Shown: piece by piece, positions 16,221 through 23,105 of the stretch
How positions within the stretch are numbered: position 1 is the first letter of the stretch
Layout of the letters: each line of letters starts with the position of its first letter
IMG/VR virus record: IMGVR_UViG_3300027708_000271
Location: 1-25,615 of that record
Reading direction: 5' to 3' (one strand)
Source of the DNA: a virus
Taxonomy: Duplodnaviria; Caudoviricetes
DNA length: 25,615 bases
Made by a program: the position numbers and the translations under genes
The notes under the pieces: model-generated
Database searches by the model: none
What the model was told of the DNA's origin: nothing
The model's input: the letters and a program-made list of their open reading frames with translations, nothing else

Positions 16221-16736
16221 ATGCTTACCATCCTATCAACCCTGATCTCTTTCCTCATGGGCGGTTTGCCCAAGCTGCTGGACTTCTTCCAAGACCGCAA
16301 CGACAAGAAACACGAACTGGCCCTTGCCGCCATGCAGATTGAGCGGGAACTGGAACTGCGCAAAGCTGGCTTTGAAGCGCAGGAGCGGGTGGAGCAGATA
16401 CACAGCGCCCAGCTTGAAATGGAAACCACCGCCAAGGCTACAGAGAACCTAGTCAACGCCCAAGTGGCTGAGATGAGCGCCATCTACAAGCATGATGAAA
16501 GCCTTGGAGACGGCACCAGCCAATGGATGAAAGACTTGCGTGCAGGTGTGCGTAGCTTTATCACGATGGGCTTTTTCTTCCTACTGGTGTTCGTGGACGT
16601 GGGCCTGTTTATCTACGGGTACAACCATGGAGTTGCGTTCCCTGATCTGGCTGAAAAGCTGTGGAACAGCAACACCCAAGCGCTGTTTGCCAGCATCATT
16701 GCATTCCACTTCGGGGGCCGAGCCTTTGGAAAATGA
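16221..16736 (+). CDS. Holin, 3-TM GTA-holin-like family (171 aa)
   Basis: N-terminal hydrophobic helix, DKKHEL, WMKDLRAGVRSFIT, TM segment and terminal IIAFHFGGRAFGK; next to the endolysin. Confidence 0.75.
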   Translation: MLTILSTLISFLMGGLPKLLDFFQDRNDKKHELALAAMQIERELELRKAGFEAQERVEQIHSAQLEMETTAKATENLVNAQVAEMSAIYKHDESLGDGTSQWMKDLRAGVRSFITMGFFFLLVFVDVGLFIYGYNHGVAFPDLAEKLWNSNTQALFASIIAFHFGGRAFGK

Positions 16737-16888
16737 TCTGGACACTCGTGTTGGTCACAGGTATTAATATGAATAGTATCCTTGTTGTCGGCTACTTTGA
16801 GAGTGAAACCGCCTGCCAACGAGCAGCAAAAGAGTGGCGCGACTTGGGGTACAAGGTAGGTTGTGTACAGAGCATGGGGAAGAAATGA
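16733..16888 (+). CDS. Small hydrophobic two-Cys protein (51 aa)
   Basis: ATGA overlaps at both ends (holin stop, endolysin start); MIWTLVLVTG...FESETACQRAA...GCV. Confidence 0.65.
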   Translation: MIWTLVLVTGINMNSILVVGYFESETACQRAAKEWRDLGYKVGCVQSMGKK

Positions 16889-17361
16889 AAGTTTCCGACA
16901 AAGCCCTTGGGATCATCCGCCACCATGAAGGTGTGCGCCAGCGCCCATACCGTTGCCCAGCACGACTTTGGACAATCGGCGTGGGCCATGTCCTTTACCC
17001 TGAGCAGGGACGTTTAAAGCTGGAAGAGCGGGACGGGTTTCCCCTGCGATCGGAAGATGACCGCCAGTTCAGCATGGAGGAAGTCAATGGAATTCTTGCA
17101 GCAGACCTTAGACGCTTTGAACTCGGAGTGGAGAAGTTCTGCCCTGTCCCTCTTACACAGGGTATGTTTGATGGCCTTACTAGCTTTGCGTTTAACTGCG
17201 GCCTTGGGACACTCCAGCGTAGTACGCTTCGCCAAAAGCTGCTTCGTGGGGATAAAGAAGGCGCTGCGGACGAGTTCTTGAAGTATTGCATGGGTGGGGG
17301 TAAAATCCTCAAAGGGCTGCAAAATCGCCGTATTGACGAGCGCGCCTTATTCCTCTCATAG
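16885..17361 (+). CDS. Endolysin, glycoside hydrolase family 24 lysozyme (158 aa)
   Basis: HEGVRQRPYRCPARLWTIGVGH gives an E-x8-C-x5-T triad; FDGLTSFAFNCG, STLRQKL, GLQNRRIDERALF; start at ATG 16885. Confidence 0.95.
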   Translation: MKVSDKALGIIRHHEGVRQRPYRCPARLWTIGVGHVLYPEQGRLKLEERDGFPLRSEDDRQFSMEEVNGILAADLRRFELGVEKFCPVPLTQGMFDGLTSFAFNCGLGTLQRSTLRQKLLRGDKEGAADEFLKYCMGGGKILKGLQNRRIDERALFLS

Positions 17362-17369
17362 GATAACTG

Positions 17370-18011
17370 ATGACCACACCGTCCTACGTCCTGACCTACG
17401 ATAGCCTCACGAGCACGGTGCTTCAGTACCTTGAGCGTAGCGACCCCGCCGTCGTCGAATTTATCCCAGTGGCCATCACGTTGGCCGAGTTTGAGATCGC
17501 CCAAGATATCAAGACACTGGGCCAGATGGCGGTGGTGGACGCCACCATGAACATCGGCAACCCGGTGATCGCCAAGCCTGCGCGCTGGCGCAAGACGGTG
17601 TCCATGACCATGGTGGACGCCACCGGGGCCAAGACGCCCATGTACCTGCGCAAGCTGGAGTACCTGTCAAGCTACTGGCCTGATGTTACGGCAACCGATA
17701 CACCGCTGTTTTACTCCGATTACGACTACGACCACTGGTTCATCGCACCCACGCCCAGCGCTGCGTTCTCGTTTGAGGCGCTGTGTTATACCCGCTTGGA
17801 ACCGCTGTCCTCTTCCAATCAGACCAACTGGCTTACCCAAAACGCGCCCAACGCGATGCTCTACGGCACGCTCAAGCAGACCGCGCCCTTTGTCAAGGAT
17901 GACCCCCGCTTGGCGGTCTGGTCGGGGCTATTTGACAGCGCCATGGCCGCGCTCAAGACTGAGGACCAGCTCCGCATCGGTGACCGCCAAGCAATTGCTC
18001 AGGACTCTTAA
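17370..18011 (+). CDS. Second adaptor / tail tubular protein A-like protein (213 aa)
   Basis: TYDSLTSTVLQYLER...IPVAITLAEFEI...IAPTP...TNWLTQNAPNAMLYGTL pattern of podovirus adaptor proteins. Confidence 0.7.
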   Translation: MTTPSYVLTYDSLTSTVLQYLERSDPAVVEFIPVAITLAEFEIAQDIKTLGQMAVVDATMNIGNPVIAKPARWRKTVSMTMVDATGAKTPMYLRKLEYLSSYWPDVTATDTPLFYSDYDYDHWFIAPTPSAAFSFEALCYTRLEPLSSSNQTNWLTQNAPNAMLYGTLKQTAPFVKDDPRLAVWSGLFDSAMAALKTEDQLRIGDRQAIAQDS

Positions 18012-18013
18012 TC

Positions 18014-19246
18014 ATGACCACCTACACCAACCCGTTCACTGGCCAGACCATCAGCCCCTCGTCGGTCAGCTACGAGTCCTTGACGCTATCGGGCAACACG
18101 ACGCTTGAGTGGCCAATTAATGGCAACCTTGACACCCCGGCCAGCAGCATCATCGACGTAACGGCCACCGCGCCGGGTTACTTGCTGAAGTTGCCGCCTG
18201 CTACGCAAGTATCCACTGGTCAAACCATCATTGTGCGCAATATTGGTCTTTTGGTTAACACCTTCACAGTCGCGGACTACTCGGGCAACACCATCGTGCA
18301 AGTGTCCTCGGGCGTGGCTCAGTTCATCTTCTTGACCAATAACGGCACCGTCAACGGCGTTTGGTCTTCAGTAGTGCTCGGGGCAGGCACGTCGTCAGCC
18401 AACGCCGCCGCGCTTGCGGGTTACGGTCTAACTCCGATTGGCCTTACCCTCAATCAGGCGTACACCACGGCTGCGTACTTCAGCACCACAACGCTTCCCT
18501 CTACGGTACGCGCGCAATTGGTGCTTTGGGAAAGCGGTGTAGGGACGTTCTATTTGCCGTCTGCGGCCTCGGTAGGCGCCAACTGGTTTTGTATGATCCG
18601 CAACAGCGGTACGGGTATCTTGACACTGACCCCCAGCGGCACAGACACCATCGACGGCAACGCAAGCCAACAACTCCAGCTCACCGAGTCGCTGGTGCTG
18701 GTGTCGGACGGCACAAACTGGAACACCTTTGGTTACGGGCGCTCTAACAGCTTTGCCTACACGCAGCTAGCACTTTCAGTTACTGGTGGGACCACCACGC
18801 TTACGTCAACGCAAGCGGCCAACACTATCCAGTATTACTCTGGTGTGCTCACAAGCAATCAAATTATTGTGGTGCCGTCCACGGTCCAGCTATATGTTGT
18901 CACCAACAACACCACGGGGTCTTTTTCCTTCACGGTAAAGACAGCCGTTGGTGGCGGCGCCACTGTTGCTATTCCTCGTGGAGCCACGGTCACGCTGGTG
19001 TGTGATGGAACCAATGTTTACGCCGCTGGTCTAAGCGCCGGAAGCGGGTCTACTACCTTTGCGGCTATCACGCTGGGTAACGGCTCCACGGCGGTTCCGT
19101 CGCTTAACTTCTCGGGTGACCTGAACACCGGGGTTTATTTGCCCGCATCAGGGCAATTAGGTTTTGTGGTGGGTAATACATTAGTTGGCTACTTTAGTTC
19201 AACCGGCTTTACGGCGCTAGGCGGTATTGCGGGGGGTGTTTTCTAA
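18014..19246 (+). CDS. Tail structural protein (410 aa)
   Basis: Three repeats of an LP..A...IRN/VRN...LVSDGTNW-type beta module; GSTAVPSLNFSGDLNTGVY fibre motif; ends GGIAGGVF; TAATG-coupled to the next gene. Confidence 0.7.
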   Translation: MTTYTNPFTGQTISPSSVSYESLTLSGNTTLEWPINGNLDTPASSIIDVTATAPGYLLKLPPATQVSTGQTIIVRNIGLLVNTFTVADYSGNTIVQVSSGVAQFIFLTNNGTVNGVWSSVVLGAGTSSANAAALAGYGLTPIGLTLNQAYTTAAYFSTTTLPSTVRAQLVLWESGVGTFYLPSAASVGANWFCMIRNSGTGILTLTPSGTDTIDGNASQQLQLTESLVLVSDGTNWNTFGYGRSNSFAYTQLALSVTGGTTTLTSTQAANTIQYYSGVLTSNQIIVVPSTVQLYVVTNNTTGSFSFTVKTAVGGGATVAIPRGATVTLVCDGTNVYAAGLSAGSGSTTFAAITLGNGSTAVPSLNFSGDLNTGVYLPASGQLGFVVGNTLVGYFSSTGFTALGGIAGGVF

Positions 19247-22200
19247 TGACCAAAAAAGTCATCTCAATGGAAGTCCCTCCGGGGATACAGCGTGATGGTA
19301 CGGTCTTTGATGCGCCTTGTTACACGGATGGTAAGTGGGTTCGTTTTCAACGCGGCAGGCCTCGCAAAATCGGCGGTTATGACGCCGTGTTTTTGAACAC
19401 ATCGGGCATTTCTCGCGGCATGGCCATGACGGCGGTTAACGGTTTTAACTACGTCGTATCGGGCTACAACAATGGTTTGCAGCAGTGGATAACCGGTCCC
19501 AGTGGTGGCGTGGGGTCTGGACCTTACAACTACACGCTAAACAACTTCACGGCCAGCGACAACAACCTGTGGCAGTTTGACATTGCATACGACTCCACCG
19601 GCAACAACACCAACAATTTAGTAGCGCATCCGGGGCAGAATTTGTCGTACCTAACCTCCACGGTGAATACACCGGTGTTGTATGGCACGTTTCCGGGCGA
19701 CTACACCGCGCTGTCGCTGTCTAAAGTAGGCGCGTTTACGGCTCTTGCGAACACCACAAACGGAAGCTCCACGGTAACGCTCTTGGCCAATAACATCAGG
19801 GTTGGCGCGGGGCAAAGTATTTCAGGCACAGGTATACCTGCCAGCACAACGGTATCTTCAATTACGGGCACCACCATCGTTATGTCCAACAACGCAACGG
19901 CTTCCACGACAAGTGGTCTGTCGGGCGTCTATTTGACCAATACCTCAAGCAGTTTTGCGTGTACCGCCACCTCTGGGCTGGCTACTGGGCAGCTCGTCAA
20001 CATCAGCGGGTCTACAGCAAGCACAACGCTTGGCTCTTTGTACGCCACAAGCACATCTGGGTTGTTTAGCTATACAAGCAGCGCACCGTTGACGGTAGGC
20101 CAAACCGTAACTGTGACTGGCTCTACGACCGATACTACGTTGGCCAATGTGTACGCGACTGGTACAGCGGGCGCTTTTTCATGTGCCAGCGCCGGTACAA
20201 CAATTAGCGTTGGCCAGCGAATAACATTCAGTGGCACGGCAACAGATACCACACTAACCGGCTTGTACGCAACTACCACTACGGGTAATTTCATCTGCAA
20301 TGCGCCAGCAGCTAACTTGGCTGTTGGGCAAGTCATCGCTCTTAGCGGGACCGGCACAAATACTGCGCTCAGTAACGTCTATGCGACCGGCGCTGCGGGA
20401 ACCTTTGTTTGTAGCACCGCTGGTACTGTCTTGCAAGTTGGCCAGCCAGTAACTGTCAGCGGAGCCACGAGCACTACGGCGCTGTCTTCGGTGGTCATCT
20501 CCGGTACGGCAGGCACGTTCACTTGCGCCGCATCGCCCGTGACCTTGTACGTGGGGCAACCGGTCGTCATCAGCGGCACGTTTGGTGGGACTGGAAGCAT
20601 TAGTGGCTACTCCAACCCAACGACCTACTACGTCATCGCAACAAACGGGTCCACCACGTTCACGCTCTCGGCAACTCTGGGCGGCTCAGCGGTGACCACG
20701 GTGGCGGGCACCCCAACCGGCGTGACCTACACGCTGAGCGCTGCCACCATCACCGGCTACACCACGCCCAATACCTATTACATCATCGCTACGGACGGGC
20801 TGACTTCTTTCACGTTGTCGGCAACTTCGGGCGGCGCTGCGGTCGTCACAACAGTGGGCGCTACCACCGGATTGGGGTTTGCCGCTAACGTGGCGAGCAT
20901 AACCGGCTACTCTACGCCCACCAACTACTACATCATCGCCACCAACGGCTCCACGACTTTTCAGTTGTCGGCCACCTCTGGCGGCTCTGCGGTTACGACT
21001 ACAATTGGGCCGAGCACGGGCTATACGCCCACCGCCAAGGCCTTGACCATCACTGGGTACTCCACGCCGACTACCTACTTCGTCATCGCCACCAACGGCT
21101 CAACGACGTTCACGCTATCTACGACCGCCAACGGGAGCGCTGTGACGACAACGGTAGGCCCCTCTATCGGCTTGACGGTGACCTCGTTGGCCACGTCCAT
21201 CACCGGGTACACAAGCCCCAAGGTTTACTACGTCATATCGACCAATGGCACGTCTAACGTGCAGCTTTCCGCCTCCTCTGGTGGCGCGGCCATAACGACG
21301 ACCATCGGCCCCGCGACAGGGCTGCTGTTTACCTTGAACGCTCCAACTCTGCTCTCTGGTGTCGCCATCGCGGGCATTGCGGGGCAGTTCTCCTGCACCG
21401 CAGCGGCGGTTACGCTGGTCGTTGGCCAGCCTGTCCAGATCAGCGGCACATTTGGCGGTACGGGGTCTATTACGGGTTACGTGAACCCAACCACGTACTA
21501 CATCATCGCCACCAACGGCTCAACGACGTTTACCTTGTCCGCGTCTTTGGGCGGGTCGGCCATCACCACCACTGCTGGCACACCTACTGGCCTGACGTAT
21601 GCTTTGCTTCCAGCTTCGATACCCGGCTATAGCAACCCGACGAGCTACTACATCATCGCAACCAACGGGACTTCCACGTTCCAGTTGTCCGATACTGCTG
21701 GCGGCGCCGCGTTGACGACCGTGGTGGGCACAACGACCAACTTGACGTTCACGGTGTCTAACCCTGTCACGGTCACCTTTGACAACAACATCGCGGTGTC
21801 TGGCGGCTGCGTGGTGATCCACCCGTACTTGTTCGTGTATGGCAATAACGGCCTGATACAGAACTCCAGCGCAGGGGACTTTGCCAACTGGGTCAGCCCG
21901 GACGCCAACGCGACCAACGTGGCCACCGGCAAGATCGTCAAAGGGCTACCTATCCGTGGCGGCTCTACGTCGCCATCTGGGCTGTTTTGGGCTGCTGACG
22001 CGCTCATCCGCGTGAGCTTCCAGCCATCGTCTTCGGGCGGCACGAACTACTTCTGGTCCTACGACCTAATAAGCAGCCAGACCTCGATCATGTCGTCTAG
22101 CTCGGTCATTGAGTACGACGGCATTTACTACTGGGCTGGCGTGGACCGGTTCTTGATGTACGGCGGTCAGGTGCAAGAGATACCTAACGGCAACAACCAG

Positions 22201-22866
22201 AACTACTTTTTTGACAACATAAATTTAAACCAGCGCCAAAAAGTCTGGGCAACCAAGATTCCGCGCTATGGTGAAATCTGGTGGTTCTATCCCAAGGGCG
22301 ATGCCACCGAATGCACCGATGCCGTTATCTACAACGTGCGCGATAAGACGTGGTACGACGCTGGACAGGCTGCGGGCGCACGCCGCTCTGCGGGTGTTTT
22401 CTCGGAGGTATTCCCCAAGCCTATCTGGGCGGGCAACGAGGCCAATTCTGAGGGAGACTACACCCTATGGCAACACGAAACCGGCGTGGACAGCATCTAC
22501 TTGACCAACGTTAACGCCATCCAGAGCTACTTTGAGACTTATAGCATAGGCACGTTGGGTGGGCTGGTGGGCTCGGTCCAGCAGCCGGGCGACAACCTGT
22601 GGACGCGCTTGGAGCGTATCGAACCTGACTTTGTACAAGAGGGCGACATGACTGTGGTGGTTACGGGGCAAGGCTACGCTGAAGACACCGTGGTGGATTC
22701 TGCGCCTTACACGTTCTCACCGAATACGCTCAAGATTGACATGCGCGAGCAGCGCCGCGAAATGCGGCTGCGCTTTGAATCAAACACCGCAGGCGGGACG
22801 TACCAGACTGGCCGCGTGCTGTTGTCTATAACCACTGGCGATGTTCGCGGAACGGGCAACCCATGA
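19246..22866 (+). CDS. Tail nozzle / P22 gp10-like stabilisation protein with large nested-repeat insertion (1206 aa)
   Basis: N-terminal PGIQRDGT...WVRFQRGRPRKIGG and C-terminal propeller-like YWAGVDRFLMYGG, YGEIWWFYP, VIYN...WY, RIEPDF fit podovirus nozzle proteins; repeats occupy 19918-21765. Confidence 0.75.
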   Translation: MTKKVISMEVPPGIQRDGTVFDAPCYTDGKWVRFQRGRPRKIGGYDAVFLNTSGISRGMAMTAVNGFNYVVSGYNNGLQQWITGPSGGVGSGPYNYTLNNFTASDNNLWQFDIAYDSTGNNTNNLVAHPGQNLSYLTSTVNTPVLYGTFPGDYTALSLSKVGAFTALANTTNGSSTVTLLANNIRVGAGQSISGTGIPASTTVSSITGTTIVMSNNATASTTSGLSGVYLTNTSSSFACTATSGLATGQLVNISGSTASTTLGSLYATSTSGLFSYTSSAPLTVGQTVTVTGSTTDTTLANVYATGTAGAFSCASAGTTISVGQRITFSGTATDTTLTGLYATTTTGNFICNAPAANLAVGQVIALSGTGTNTALSNVYATGAAGTFVCSTAGTVLQVGQPVTVSGATSTTALSSVVISGTAGTFTCAASPVTLYVGQPVVISGTFGGTGSISGYSNPTTYYVIATNGSTTFTLSATLGGSAVTTVAGTPTGVTYTLSAATITGYTTPNTYYIIATDGLTSFTLSATSGGAAVVTTVGATTGLGFAANVASITGYSTPTNYYIIATNGSTTFQLSATSGGSAVTTTIGPSTGYTPTAKALTITGYSTPTTYFVIATNGSTTFTLSTTANGSAVTTTVGPSIGLTVTSLATSITGYTSPKVYYVISTNGTSNVQLSASSGGAAITTTIGPATGLLFTLNAPTLLSGVAIAGIAGQFSCTAAAVTLVVGQPVQISGTFGGTGSITGYVNPTTYYIIATNGSTTFTLSASLGGSAITTTAGTPTGLTYALLPASIPGYSNPTSYYIIATNGTSTFQLSDTAGGAALTTVVGTTTNLTFTVSNPVTVTFDNNIAVSGGCVVIHPYLFVYGNNGLIQNSSAGDFANWVSPDANATNVATGKIVKGLPIRGGSTSPSGLFWAADALIRVSFQPSSSGGTNYFWSYDLISSQTSIMSSSSVIEYDGIYYWAGVDRFLMYGGQVQEIPNGNNQNYFFDNINLNQRQKVWATKIPRYGEIWWFYPKGDATECTDAVIYNVRDKTWYDAGQAAGARRSAGVFSEVFPKPIWAGNEANSEGDYTLWQHETGVDSIYLTNVNAIQSYFETYSIGTLGGLVGSVQQPGDNLWTRLERIEPDFVQEGDMTVVVTGQGYAEDTVVDSAPYTFSPNTLKIDMREQRREMRLRFESNTAGGTYQTGRVLLSITTGDVRGTGNP
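19918..21765 (+). repeat. Seven ~38-aa N-half and seven ~50-aa C-half protein repeats in nested order
   Basis: N-halves start at 19918, 20029, 20140, 20254, 20368, 20482, 21352; C-halves start at 20596, 20746, 20896, 21046, 21196, 21466, 21616. Confidence 0.9.
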
Positions 22867-23093
22867 GTGCCGCACAGGTCTACGACCCCCGCAATCTGAC
22901 ATGGGACACTTGGTGTGCGCTCATGTCCGAGCTATTTGCGGCCAATCAATTGGGCGTTTCTCCTGAAGCGCAGTGGAAAGAATGGGCTAACGCGTTATCA
23001 GGCATCGGACGTTTTGTTGGCGTTCCGGGCAGCAACGGCTTTGATACTTGGCAAGACTGGGCTATGGCTCTTAATAACGCATTACGAAAATAA
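22863..23093 (+). CDS. Small Trp-rich hypothetical protein (76 aa)
   Basis: ATGA overlap with the nozzle gene; YDPRNLTWDTWCALM...WKEWA...FDTWQDWA. Confidence 0.75.
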   Translation: MSAAQVYDPRNLTWDTWCALMSELFAANQLGVSPEAQWKEWANALSGIGRFVGVPGSNGFDTWQDWAMALNNALRK

Positions 23094-23105
23094 TTAGGAG
23101 TAATC

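Noticed and set aside
19918-21765. Assembly artefact as the cause of the nested repeats
   Set aside because: Repeat copies are well diverged at the DNA level and the frame stays open throughout, so misjoining of identical repeats is unlikely, though reads were not checked.
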